In this document: positions 44,433-53,794 of the stretch, in pieces
How the letters are laid out: the number at the start of each line of letters is the position of its first letter
How positions within the stretch are numbered: the stretch's first letter is position 1
NCBI GenBank assembly: GCA_031387725.1
Contig: JANNDM010000013.1
Coordinates: 7,134 to 71,133, forward strand
Reading direction: 5' to 3'
DNA from: Verrucomicrobiota bacterium
GTDB lineage: Bacteria > Verrucomicrobiota > Verrucomicrobiia > Opitutales > Opitutaceae
Length of the DNA stretch: 64,000 nt
The notes under the pieces: model-generated
Told to the model about the DNA's origin: nothing
Databases searched by the model: none
What the model saw: only the letters and a program-made list of their open reading frames with translations
Program-made: the position numbers and the translations under genes

Positions 44433-46598
44433 TTGAGTTACCTCCGTCCATTTTTTCTATCCTTGGCCGGCCTGAGCCTGCTGCCCTGGCTGGCGGCGCA
44501 GACCGCCCCGGTCGCGCTGCCACCCTATGAGGTGAAGGAGCACGCCGCCGACGACCAGTATGACGCCACGGGCATGGGGACAGCGGAGGAAAGCCTGCGC
44601 AGCGCCCCGTTCGCCAACGAACTCACCAGGGTGGATCTCGCGGCCGAGGAGGGGCTCAATCTGGACCTGGCGGCTGAGCTCTCGGCCCTCAGCACAGCTT
44701 CACCGGCCGCCGCCGCCGCCGGCGAGGAGCGGCTGAACCTGCGGGGATTCCCGACGCCGACGCTGCGCAACGGCTTCATCCAGATCGGCATTCTCGAGAC
44801 ATTGAACGTCAACCGGACCGTCGTCATCCAGGGACCGTTGGTGCCGGTGCTGGGCCGCGCCGCTCCGGGTGGCATCCAGGATTTCATCACCAGCCGGCCC
44901 CTGGCGAAAAGCCGCAACCGGTTCGAAGCGGGCGCGACGACGCAGCACCAGCAAAAGGTCGGCGCCGAAACCACCGGCGTGATCCGGAAAAACCGGCTCT
45001 GGCACCGGTTGGCCGTGGATTGGGCGCGGCGGACCGGGCCGGAGGAATTCGTCCGCGAGGAGGATCTGTTCATCAGCGGCGCGCTGACGCTGAGGCACAG
45101 CCGGGCGGCCAGCAGCATGCTCAGCGTGGATTACCGGCGGCTCGACGCCCGGGTGACCCCGGGCATTCCCGAATACAAGAGCAGCGCCGGGCAGAAAATC
45201 CTCGGACCCTGGCTGCCGCTGGCCCGCTTCAATGCCAACGGGCCCGGCGCCGGCGTGCTGCGCCAGAGCCTGGTGGTGGGCGCGCAATTCGAAAGCCAGC
45301 TCAACCGAACCTGCGCGCTGCGGGCCGCCGTCGAAGGCTGGTGGCGCGCGATCGACCAGGACCGGTTCACCAGCTCGCAGCTGGTGCTCGACACCGGTTT
45401 GTTCGAGGGCACGCGGGAACCGCGGCACATCGCCCAGCGCCAGCACGCGCTGGCCACCCATCTCGAGCTCACCGCGCGTTTCCACACCGGCCGGGTCGAA
45501 CACAAGCTCCTCGGCTACGCCGGCGTGACGTGGGGCGACTATGCTCGGGGCGAGCGCGCGCTCTCGCCGGCGGACCGCAACAACCTGCCCCTCGCCGTGC
45601 GCCGCTTTGATCCCACCGCACCGGATTATTTCTTCCCGGAGTTCAACGAGGCCCTCTACTCGCGCATCCTCGCCGACCGGCAGGAGGGGGCCCGTTACGC
45701 TTCGGCCGAGGTCAGTGACCGCCTGGCGTTCGCCCAAGGGCGCACGGTCTTGACCACGGGTCTGCGCCTGGACGAGGTGGACCTGACCGTGGACGACCGG
45801 CGCGTCGCGGCCGCCTTGCCGCACATCCGCGACCGGACGGTGCACCTGAGTTTCCATTTTGGGGTCAACCACCAGCTGGTCCGCAATCGCGTGCTGGTGT
45901 TCGGGAGCGTCAGCACGGCCTTCGACCCCGCCACGCCGGTGGATGCGCGCACCGGCCGGATCCAGGACAATGAGAGCACCCTCGGTTATGAAGGCGGGGT
46001 GAAAGGGCGCAGCCGCACCGGCCGGCTGGATTACTCCGCCTCGGCCTTTCTGCTCTACAACCGGAACATCGCCCGCCGCAACCCGCTCCACGACGACCCG
46101 GTGTTTGATGCCAACCAGTCCCAGCCGCAGCTGGTGGCGGCGGGCGAGGAGCGTTTTGCGGGTTTCCGGGCGGAGGGTCGCTACAAATTGACCGAGACTT
46201 GCCACTTCGCCTTCAAGGGCGTGCACCTGGATGCCATCACGACCCAATCGCCCACGCTGGGCGCGGAAGTGGGCCGGCAACTCGCCCGTCTGCCCAAAGA
46301 CACGGCGACGGTGCAGCTGCGTTTCGCCGCGCCGAAGGGGGTGGGTTTTGGTTGGGGGGTGAGCCTGAACTACCTCGGGACCTATGTGGCCAGCCACGAG
46401 GACGCCAAGCGCGCCTATCTGGCCTATCCCGGTTATGGCCTGCTGGGGTTGAACGCCGACTATGCCTGGAAACGCGGCGCCCGGCAGTTCTTCGTGGGCC
46501 TGAAAGTGCGCAACGCCCTCGACCGCGATTTGCTTTTGACCAACGCCCGGGGCGGCGCGGGTCGCGAACTGGGACTCACCGCGCGGGTGAGTTACTAG
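44433..46598 (+). CDS. TonB-dependent receptor (divergent)
   Basis: LPPYEVKE, LNLRGF..LRNGF, VIQGP..GRAAPGGI plug motif, GRELGLTARVSY end. Start uncertain (TTG 44433 chosen; ORF open from 44271). Confidence 0.75.
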   Translation: MSYLRPFFLSLAGLSLLPWLAAQTAPVALPPYEVKEHAADDQYDATGMGTAEESLRSAPFANELTRVDLAAEEGLNLDLAAELSALSTASPAAAAAGEERLNLRGFPTPTLRNGFIQIGILETLNVNRTVVIQGPLVPVLGRAAPGGIQDFITSRPLAKSRNRFEAGATTQHQQKVGAETTGVIRKNRLWHRLAVDWARRTGPEEFVREEDLFISGALTLRHSRAASSMLSVDYRRLDARVTPGIPEYKSSAGQKILGPWLPLARFNANGPGAGVLRQSLVVGAQFESQLNRTCALRAAVEGWWRAIDQDRFTSSQLVLDTGLFEGTREPRHIAQRQHALATHLELTARFHTGRVEHKLLGYAGVTWGDYARGERALSPADRNNLPLAVRRFDPTAPDYFFPEFNEALYSRILADRQEGARYASAEVSDRLAFAQGRTVLTTGLRLDEVDLTVDDRRVAAALPHIRDRTVHLSFHFGVNHQLVRNRVLVFGSVSTAFDPATPVDARTGRIQDNESTLGYEGGVKGRSRTGRLDYSASAFLLYNRNIARRNPLHDDPVFDANQSQPQLVAAGEERFAGFRAEGRYKLTETCHFAFKGVHLDAITTQSPTLGAEVGRQLARLPKDTATVQLRFAAPKGVGFGWGVSLNYLGTYVASHEDAKRAYLAYPGYGLLGLNADYAWKRGARQFFVGLKVRNALDRDLLLTNARGGAGRELGLTARVSY

Positions 46599-46812
46599 GG
46601 CTTCGGTGGTCCACGTCAGTTTTGTCCAGACTCGAGATCATCATGAAATTGGCCGCCCGACAGGGATAGCCGCGTATGTGCAAGGGCAGGGTGGGAAAAA
46701 TGAGTAGCGTCAGTTGCACAAGGGGCAGTTGGAATTTGAGCTGGCTTGATCAAAATGCCTCGGGGCTTTGGAGATCAAGGAAGTGGTCAGCGGCGACCAG
46801 CGGCAGTCCCGT

Positions 46813-48240
46813 TCACAGCAGGGGTGACAGCGGTCGAAGCGCCGCCTCGGCAAATTTCAGGCGGAACGGTCGCCGGGCAAAGACAACGGGGTCGATTTCG
46901 CGACAGAGCGCAAAATCCTGCTCCAAGAGCTGCGCCAGTGCCGCATTGGCCTGGCGGGAATGGAAGAGCAAGTTGAGCTCAAAGTTCAGCCGGAGTGACC
47001 GGTAGTCCAGATTGGCGGAACCGACCATGGCCCACTGGCTGTCGGCCAGCGCGATCTTGGCGTGATGGATGCCGGCCGAGTATTCAAAGATGCGCACACC
47101 GGCGGCCAGCAGCTCGCCGTAATAGGACCGCCCGACGGTCAGAAGCAGCGGATGATCCGTTCGGGCGGAAATCAACAGCCGCACATCAACCCCGCGGCTG
47201 GCCGCAAGTTCAAGCGCGGCCAGCACGATGTCATCCGGCACAAAATACCCGGTGGCGATCCAGGCCCGCTCTTCCGCTTCATTGAGCAGACTGACGATGG
47301 TTTTGCTGATGGGTTCATTCCGACGGTCGGGTCCACCCAGCACGATATGCGCGAGTTCCCGGGGTGGCCCGGGATCTGCCGGGAAAAAGCGAGCTTCGGT
47401 GATCTTCTCTCCGGTGGCGAAAAACCAGTCGTCCGCAAAGACCTCCTGCAACTCGCCCGCGATGGATCCGGTGGCTTCCACCTGCACATCGCGCCAGGAG
47501 CCGAGAGCCGGCCCGGGATATTCGTGTTCGCGGCCGATGTTCATACCTCCGACAAAGGCTACCGTGCCATCGATGATCTGCAGCTTGCGGTGGTTGCGCA
47601 GATTCATGAAAAAGCGGAGTCGCCTGGGGTCCAGGCTTTGAAACCAGGAAAAATGTCCCCCGGCCTGCTGATAGTCAGCGAGCAAGTCTCCGGCCAGACC
47701 GGGTGATCCCACTCCGTCAAGGAGCAGCCGGACTATGACCCCGCGTCGAGCGGCCTCGGTCAGAAGCTGCAGAAATCTCCGGCCCGTTGGGTCGTTTTGC
47801 CAGATGTAGAATTCCAGATGGACATGATGCGTCGCCTTCCGGATCTGCTCCTCGAGGGCGGGATAAAATTCGTCTGCGTCGCGCAGAATCCGGAGCCCAG
47901 TCACGGAACTGACGGGCAGTTGGTTTATGCGGGACAGCAATTGCAGAAACTGTCGATCCCGGCCCGGCAGATCGGGCAGGAGAAGGGCGGTGGGGACATC
48001 GGTCGCGTTTGCGGGGACCTGTTGCCGTGAGATGCGGGCGGAGAAGAGATTTCGGCGCTTGAGCCGGCCCCGTTTCAACCGATCCGTGCCGATCAAGGCA
48101 TAGGCCGCCGCGCCCAGCACAGGGATGAAGAGGATCGCCCAGAGCCACGCCAGTGTGGCGGCGGGACGCTTTTTTAGCAGCAACAGGTGGGGGATAAAAC
48201 CCCACGTCGCAAAATAACAGGCGAGCCAAAGTGCTTTCAT
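46813..48240 (-). CDS. cls: Cardiolipin synthase
   Basis: N-terminal TM ATLAWLWAILFIPVLG; two HKD motifs (RNHRKLQIIDG, HAKIALAD); WRD. Confidence 0.9.
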   Translation of the reverse strand: MKALWLACYFATWGFIPHLLLLKKRPAATLAWLWAILFIPVLGAAAYALIGTDRLKRGRLKRRNLFSARISRQQVPANATDVPTALLLPDLPGRDRQFLQLLSRINQLPVSSVTGLRILRDADEFYPALEEQIRKATHHVHLEFYIWQNDPTGRRFLQLLTEAARRGVIVRLLLDGVGSPGLAGDLLADYQQAGGHFSWFQSLDPRRLRFFMNLRNHRKLQIIDGTVAFVGGMNIGREHEYPGPALGSWRDVQVEATGSIAGELQEVFADDWFFATGEKITEARFFPADPGPPRELAHIVLGGPDRRNEPISKTIVSLLNEAEERAWIATGYFVPDDIVLAALELAASRGVDVRLLISARTDHPLLLTVGRSYYGELLAAGVRIFEYSAGIHHAKIALADSQWAMVGSANLDYRSLRLNFELNLLFHSRQANAALAQLLEQDFALCREIDPVVFARRPFRLKFAEAALRPLSPLL

Positions 48241-48270
48241 GCAACCCTCGGCCTGGCCTGGGCCGTCCGT

Positions 48271-48588
48271 CTAGTCGCGTGGGGCAAGGTGCTTCGCGCC
48301 GGTGAATCTACGCGCAAGGCCGAGCAGGACCGGCGCCCATTGGACCAATCGGCCCAGCAGATGGAGTCGGGGGGCGGCTCGGCGTTGCAGCAGCAGTCCC
48401 AGGGGCACCAGGGCCAGCCCGGCGTAGGGCGAAAGTTGGCGCCAGATGCCCAAGAGGCGATCCATCCAAGCCACCGGCTGCAAGGCCCGCGCGGCCAGAT
48501 GGACGCATTGGGTGCGTTGCCAGTCGATGCGGCGGCGCATCTCGGCCTTGTGAGCGGCCAGCCTGGTCAGTTCCCGGTCCGAATGCAT
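48271..48588 (-). CDS. YqjK-like protein
   Basis: Size, position after YqjE-like gene, K..MRRRI..QR pattern; family by context. Confidence 0.55.
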   Translation of the reverse strand: MHSDRELTRLAAHKAEMRRRIDWQRTQCVHLAARALQPVAWMDRLLGIWRQLSPYAGLALVPLGLLLQRRAAPRLHLLGRLVQWAPVLLGLARRFTGAKHLAPRD

Positions 48589-48956
48589 GCGCGGTCTGCT
48601 CCAATCTCATCCAGGGTGGCGGCGAAGGGTTTGGGCTGGCGGGCAAGACTGCGGCGAAAGGCAATGATCATCGTGATCAGCGCCCCGGCATAGAACAAAG
48701 CCAGTCCGCCGAGGACCATGAGCCGGGCACTCTCCCAGAAGAGATAAACCAGCGTGAGGCTGGCAAACATGATGGTCATCATGCCCAAGAAGAGGACCGC
48801 GCTGATCCAGAAAAATATCTGGATCAGGCGGAATTTTTCTTCCTGCAGTTCAAGGGAGAACAATCCGATCCGGTCCTGCGCGCTGGCCAGTAGCCCGTCG
48901 CCCAGTGAGCGCAATGAGTCCATGATGCCGGCGGGCGGGGGAGGCGGCGTTTCCAT
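48567..48956 (-). CDS. YqjE-like (holin-superfamily) membrane protein
   Basis: RIGLFSLELQEEK, two TM helices, PFAATLDEIGAD. Confidence 0.75.
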   Translation of the reverse strand: METPPPPPAGIMDSLRSLGDGLLASAQDRIGLFSLELQEEKFRLIQIFFWISAVLFLGMMTIMFASLTLVYLFWESARLMVLGGLALFYAGALITMIIAFRRSLARQPKPFAATLDEIGADRACIRTGN

Positions 48957-48968
48957 CCGGCTAAAGGA

Positions 48969-49283
48969 TCACTGGCCGCGACGCCCGAGCAGGATGCCGA
49001 CCAGCAGGCCAACGCCGGCCGCGATGGCGAGTGATTGGTAGGGATTCTCCCGGATGGCCTCGTCCGTGCACTTGGCTCCGGCGACGACCCGTTTCTTTGC
49101 GCCATCATACATTTCACTGACCCGCTCCTGTGCGGCGTCATAGCGTGTGCGCATGGCACTGACGGCATCGGCGGTGTGCTCGGAGAGAGATTCGCTCATC
49201 ATCTTTTCGGCATCGCTGACGAGAATGTGCAGATCGTTGAGCAGGTCCTTGGGGGTTTGGGCGGTGGATTTGTTGTTTTTCAT
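48969..49283 (-). CDS. ElaB/YqjD/DUF883 ribosome-binding membrane-anchored protein
   Basis: DLHILVSDAE, AIRENPYQSLAIAAGVGLLVGILLGRR. Confidence 0.85.
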   Translation of the reverse strand: MKNNKSTAQTPKDLLNDLHILVSDAEKMMSESLSEHTADAVSAMRTRYDAAQERVSEMYDGAKKRVVAGAKCTDEAIRENPYQSLAIAAGVGLLVGILLGRRGQ

Positions 49284-49325
49284 GGTAATACGGGTTGAGG
49301 GTTGGTGGAGGAAATCGATGAGTGC

Positions 49326-49484
49326 TCAGATACGCCTGCCGCGGGCAAGCGTGGCGATGAAAAGGACGAGGAAGAGGATGAAGCAGATTTTGGCGATCAG
49401 GGCGGCAGTGCCGGCGATGACACCGAAACCGAGGATGCCGGCGATCAGCGCAATGAGGAGGAAAGTGATGGCATAGCCGAGCAC
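49326..49484 (-). CDS. DUF1328 small membrane protein
   Basis: GTG start; [35 protein letters not shown]. Confidence 0.85.
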   Translation of the reverse strand: MLGYAITFLLIALIAGILGFGVIAGTAALIAKICFILFLVLFIATLARGRRI

Positions 49485-49495
49485 GGGCGGAGGAG

Positions 49496-49702
49496 TTAGG
49501 GGGCCTTCGAGCCACGGAGCAGGCCGGCGGCGCCCACGATGGCGGCGGCGATGCCACCAAGGAGCAGCCACATGGTCTTGTCGGTCGGGTTGCCGGTGAA
49601 GAAGCGGGAGATCCCGGAGGCCGTGGAATCGGAGGCGGCCACGCCGGAGATGATGAGTATGACGCCGATGACAAGCAGGGCGAGGGAGACGGGTCTGTTC
49701 AT
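49496..49702 (-). CDS. DUF3185 small membrane protein
   Basis: [22 protein letters not shown]. Confidence 0.8.
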   Translation of the reverse strand: MNRPVSLALLVIGVILIISGVAASDSTASGISRFFTGNPTDKTMWLLLGGIAAAIVGAAGLLRGSKAP

Positions 49703-49799
49703 GTTATTTGGGTTTTGGGGGTTGGTTTTACTTGGGCGGCGGGAAAAGTAGCGCGGCCGCCCGAGGGGGCCGCGCGGTGGGACAGTTTCGTGCCAGCCG

Positions 49800-50531
49800 T
49801 CAGCCCTTCACGGTCATCTTGTTGGTGACGGAATTCACGCCGCGGACGTCCTTGGCGAGTTTGGTGACGAGGGATTTCTCGGCGTCGGAGGCGGCCTCAC
49901 CGGTGACGAGGACCACGCCGTCGGATGTGACAATCTTGGTCTTGAGGGCGCTGGTGGACTTGTGGGTGAGCAGGGCAAACTTGACCTGGCTGGTGATGGA
50001 GGCGTCATCGATCTTCTCGCCCAGGGTGGGCTTGTCGGTGACGACGATGTCATTCTGCACGCTTTTCACGCCGTCGATGTCCTTGGCGTAGATGGCGGTC
50101 AGTTCCTTCTGCGCGAGATTGTCCGCGGTGCCGCTCAAGGTGACATGGGCATCCTTGACCTCGACCTTGGTCGTGGCGGCGCTGACATTGCCCTTCACGA
50201 GCAGGCGTCCACGGATCTTGAAGGCCATCCAGCCGTCGGACTTCTCGGGATAGGCCGGATCGACCTTGATCTCGTTGTTGATGCGGATGACCCCCGGGAG
50301 GTTTTCCACGGTGTCGGCGGCGAGGTCCCGGTCGGCTTTGTCCTGGACCGTGCCGGTGAGGGTGACGACGCCGTCATCGGCCTTCACCTTCACATGATCC
50401 TCAAGGACGGTGCGGTAATTGTAGGAAGCCTTGGCGGCGTCCTCGATCTTGCGATCGGTGGCATGGGAAGCGAACAGCGCGAGCGGGCTGGCGATAAGTA
50501 ACAGCAGGGCGGATAGATTTTTGTTTTTCAT
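49800..50531 (-). CDS. OsmY-like protein with three BON domains
   Basis: Start MKNKNL; signal peptide; GVVTLTGTV, SDGWMAFKIRGRL, IDDASITSQVKFAL. Confidence 0.85.
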   Translation of the reverse strand: MKNKNLSALLLLIASPLALFASHATDRKIEDAAKASYNYRTVLEDHVKVKADDGVVTLTGTVQDKADRDLAADTVENLPGVIRINNEIKVDPAYPEKSDGWMAFKIRGRLLVKGNVSAATTKVEVKDAHVTLSGTADNLAQKELTAIYAKDIDGVKSVQNDIVVTDKPTLGEKIDDASITSQVKFALLTHKSTSALKTKIVTSDGVVLVTGEAASDAEKSLVTKLAKDVRGVNSVTNKMTVKG

Positions 50532-50545
50532 GGATTGAGTGACAG

Positions 50546-50589
50546 ACCATACGTGATGTTGTCCGCCGTTGATATGGGGCATTGCCCAC
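50546..50589 (-). promoter_or_regulatory. RCCCCAT-N22-(-10) promoter of BON-DUF3185-DUF1328-DUF883-YqjE-YqjK-cls operon
   Basis: GTGGGCAATGCCCCAT (50574-50589), 22 nt, TATGGT (50546-50551). Confidence 0.65.
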
Positions 50590-50666
50590 CCCCGCCGGTG
50601 ACGGCGGGGTGAGCCGTCGCACCGGCGGGGCGGTAAACGGAAAACCCCCGCCGGTGAAGGCGGGGG
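50590..50666 (-). terminator. Terminator of the autotransporter gene plus a second related hairpin
   Basis: CCCCCGCC-GGTGAA-GGCGGGGG (50645-50666) followed by TTTT on the minus strand. Second hairpin CCCCGCCGGTG..CACCGGCGGGG (50590-50630) shares the same core sequence. Confidence 0.6.
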
Positions 50667-50694
50667 GTGAAACCGATCCGGCCGAAAGCCGGGA

Positions 50695-53637
50695 TTAGAA
50701 GATGACCGATAGACCGATGTTCCATTCATCGAGCACGCGGGTCGTGCCACCGCTCTGGGTGATCACGTTGGTATAGAGCAGGGCGCTGGGTCCGAGCACG
50801 AGGTCGAGGCCGGCGCTGTAGAGCGCGGAGTCGCGCGGGGCCCGGTGGGTCCTGACGGAGTAGCTGGTGTTGCCGAACGAGGCGCCGATGCGGCGGGTGC
50901 TGTTGTAGAACTCATGGAGCCAGGCGGCGCGGACGTGCGGTTGGAACATGCCGAGCTTCACGCGAGCCTCTGCTCCGAGCTGCGAGCGCAGGGAGGTGGC
51001 GCTCTGGCGGCCGACATTGGCGGAGAACGCTCCGGCGCCTTGCTCGGTGAAGCCGTTGGCCGACCAGCGGCTGTAGAGCAGCCCGCCAAAGGGCGATACG
51101 GTTACCACGCCGGCCTTCATGTGCTGCCCGACGGTGATCCCGGTGGTCCACTGGTGGCCGCGGGTGGACGAGGTGGCGATGGCGGAGGTGCCCGGGAACA
51201 CGATGGGGCGCGTGGACTCGTAGCGGTTGAAGCCGTAGGCGAGCATCGCCTCCGCAAACATTGGACCCTTGGCCGAGCCGGCGCGCAGGCCAAAGGTCTG
51301 GTCCTTCACGGTCGTCTGGCTGCCGGCCGAACCAAGGCCGGAGGTTGTCCGACCGAAGGTAAAGAAGGCCCCGACGGTGGTGTCCGCGCTGATGGCGTGG
51401 TTTCCGCCGACCAGGCCGTAGTTGCTGGTGTAGCGGCTCGAACCGACATCCGCATCGGACCGGGACCGGCCGTGGCGTTTGCCGGCCTCGAAGTAGTATT
51501 CGTCATGTCCGGTGACCGCGCGGTCATCGCGCAGGAGGCGGTCGGCGAGGGAGGTCGAGTGCGCGAAGGCGAAGTCAGACCAGATTTGGTAGCCCTGGGG
51601 CGAAATGGCGTTGAGCGAGCTCGGGAACTGGCTGGCGAGGGGCAGGGTGTTGAGGGCCGCGGTCTGGGTCGGGGTGGCCTGCGCGGCGGCGCCGACGGCC
51701 GCTTGGTTGGGCGTCGTGGCGAAGCCGGCGAAGGGCAGCTGCGTGAAGACGAGGGTCGCACTGGTCGGGGCATACACCACGCTGACCGCGGTGGCGGCGC
51801 TGGGGGTGGCGCCGGTCAGGGTGCCGAAGGTGCCGCTGACACTGCTGGCCGTGAGGAAGGTGAAGGACTGTCCCAGCGGATTGAAGCCACCGAGGATGGA
51901 ATATTGCAAGGTGCCGGCAAGCGCGGCCGTGCCGGTCATGATGAGCCGGTCGAACGACGCGGCCGAGGCGATCTCAATGAGGAGGAGACCGGTGGAACCT
52001 TGCGTGTAGTTGCCCGTGACATTGATCGTGCCGGGCGAGGTGCCGGGGCTGACCGTGCCGTTGTTGGTGAGGAGGCCGATGACGGTGCCGGTGCCGCCGA
52101 GAGTGGCGCCGGGGGAGACGGTGGTCGCGCCGACGCCGTTGCTGAAGAAGAACGAGCCGGCCTGGACATCAATCGGTGACGTGGTCGCGGTGGTCAGGGT
52201 GAGCGTGCCCGTGCCGGTTTTCTGGACCCGGCCGCCGCCGGTGATGGCGCCGCCGAACGTGCCACTGGCGCCCTGGTTGAAGACCAGCGTGGCGACGGGG
52301 AGGATGGCGATGGGCCCGTTGGCCGGCAGGGAGGCGGTGCTGGCGATCAGCGTGCCGGAACTCACGTTGGTGCCACCCGTGTAGGTGTTGGCGCCGGTGA
52401 GGGTGGTCGTGCCGACGCCCTGCTTGGCGACCGTGCCGTTGCCGGAAATCACGCCGCCGAACGAGCCGGTCAACGGCTGGTTGAGGGTCAGGAGGCTCGA
52501 GTTGAGGGTGATGGGCCCGTTCACGGGCAGGGTCTGGCTGGTGGCAATGAGCGCACCGTTGTTCACAATGGTGCCGCCGGTGTAAGTGTTGCCGGTGCCG
52601 GTCATGGTCACGGTGGCCGTGTTGATCGTCAGAGAGGCCGGGGCCGACCCGTTCGAGGAATTGCCATCAAGGGTCAGAGTCGTGGTGGGGAGGCTCGTGC
52701 CCGGGACCAGGACCACGCCGGAGGTTCCCGTCACAAAGAGGCCGGTCGAGCTGAGAATGACGTTGCCGGTGAACACCGGGGCCGGCGGCGGCGGCGGCGG
52801 CGGCGGGATCGGCACCAGCTGGCCAAGGCCGTTATACATCAAACCGCCATCGAAGTCGCCGCCACCGGGACCGCCCAAGGGGTTGAATCCGCCGGGGGCC
52901 GGGCCGGCGAACGTGACGGCGGCCCCCGCCAAGGCTCGAACGCCGCCACCGGCCAGAGTGTTGGTGCTGCCGGTAAAGTTGATAGAGGTGCCCGCCATGT
53001 AATTGCCCAGGACCGTATTGGTGTCGCCGATCGTGATGCCCGCCGCGGCGTTCCAGAAGAGGCCGTTATCAGAGCCGCCATTGGTGCCGAGGTTGATGAA
53101 GGTGACCGTCGAATTCGCGGCGGTGGTGAGGCTGGTGCCGATATTAAAAACCCAGGCCACGCCGTTCTGAAAATTGGCGTCGAGGACGAGCGCCCCGGTC
53201 TGTTGCGCGGCGACGCCAAACGAATAAACCCCCGCTTGCAGCGGGGCCAAAGTCCCGAGATCCTGACCGGACAAAAGGTTGGCCGGGGCGCTGATCGGCA
53301 AGGCGAACAGGGCATTCCGGGCCGTGATGAGATCCAGCCCCGCCTGGCCGGTGGCGCCGCCGGTGGCGACGATCGCCGCCGGGCCGGCCGTAAGCGTCGT
53401 GCCAGAAACCGTCCCATTGGCCGGAAAGCCGACGATGTTGGTGGTGGCGGCGCTGGAGAGACCGACGTTGCCGTTAACGATCGGATTGGGACCAGGTGCG
53501 GCGATGGTGATGCCGGTGCCGCCGAGCAGCGCGTAGTTACTCGCGGTAAGCAAAACTTGGGCGGAGCCGGACACCGCGGCGAAAAGCAGCCCGGCAACAG
53601 CCAGCACCGGCAAGGGGATAAGATTATTAATTTTCAT
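50695..53637 (-). CDS. Autotransporter with N-terminal ice-binding-like (DUF3494) domain, poly-Pro linker and passenger repeats
   Basis: Start MKINNL; SNYALLGGTGIT..GNVGLS..GVYSF..LVLDA..WVFNIGTSLTTA..LFW (DUF3494-like); PPPPPPPP; GANTYTGGT repeats; barrel RAAWLHEF..GLSVIF. Confidence 0.82.
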   Translation of the reverse strand: MKINNLIPLPVLAVAGLLFAAVSGSAQVLLTASNYALLGGTGITIAAPGPNPIVNGNVGLSSAATTNIVGFPANGTVSGTTLTAGPAAIVATGGATGQAGLDLITARNALFALPISAPANLLSGQDLGTLAPLQAGVYSFGVAAQQTGALVLDANFQNGVAWVFNIGTSLTTAANSTVTFINLGTNGGSDNGLFWNAAAGITIGDTNTVLGNYMAGTSINFTGSTNTLAGGGVRALAGAAVTFAGPAPGGFNPLGGPGGGDFDGGLMYNGLGQLVPIPPPPPPPPAPVFTGNVILSSTGLFVTGTSGVVLVPGTSLPTTTLTLDGNSSNGSAPASLTINTATVTMTGTGNTYTGGTIVNNGALIATSQTLPVNGPITLNSSLLTLNQPLTGSFGGVISGNGTVAKQGVGTTTLTGANTYTGGTNVSSGTLIASTASLPANGPIAILPVATLVFNQGASGTFGGAITGGGRVQKTGTGTLTLTTATTSPIDVQAGSFFFSNGVGATTVSPGATLGGTGTVIGLLTNNGTVSPGTSPGTINVTGNYTQGSTGLLLIEIASAASFDRLIMTGTAALAGTLQYSILGGFNPLGQSFTFLTASSVSGTFGTLTGATPSAATAVSVVYAPTSATLVFTQLPFAGFATTPNQAAVGAAAQATPTQTAALNTLPLASQFPSSLNAISPQGYQIWSDFAFAHSTSLADRLLRDDRAVTGHDEYYFEAGKRHGRSRSDADVGSSRYTSNYGLVGGNHAISADTTVGAFFTFGRTTSGLGSAGSQTTVKDQTFGLRAGSAKGPMFAEAMLAYGFNRYESTRPIVFPGTSAIATSSTRGHQWTTGITVGQHMKAGVVTVSPFGGLLYSRWSANGFTEQGAGAFSANVGRQSATSLRSQLGAEARVKLGMFQPHVRAAWLHEFYNSTRRIGASFGNTSYSVRTHRAPRDSALYSAGLDLVLGPSALLYTNVITQSGGTTRVLDEWNIGLSVIF

Positions 53638-53653
53638 AGTAGGAGGTGGGGGG

Positions 53654-53697
53654 AGAATACGTGCCATGGCCTCCGGCCGATATGGGGCAAAACCCTC
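53654..53697 (-). promoter_or_regulatory. RCCCCAT-N22-(-10) promoter of the autotransporter
   Basis: GAGGGTTTTGCCCCAT (53682-53697), 22 nt, TATTCT (53654-53659). Extra GCGGGAAAAATCCCCG further upstream. Confidence 0.65.
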
Positions 53698-53794
53698 CCA
53701 TCCCAACCGGCCCCGACCGGCACCGGAATTTTCTTGCGGCGGTTGCCGAAGGGTGAACCGGGGATTTTTCCCGCAGAGTTTCCCCACTGACGGA

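Noticed and set aside
48567-48956. Holin-superfamily membrane protein as evidence of a prophage
   Set aside because: Sits in the standard DUF883-YqjE-YqjK context; no phage genes in the window.
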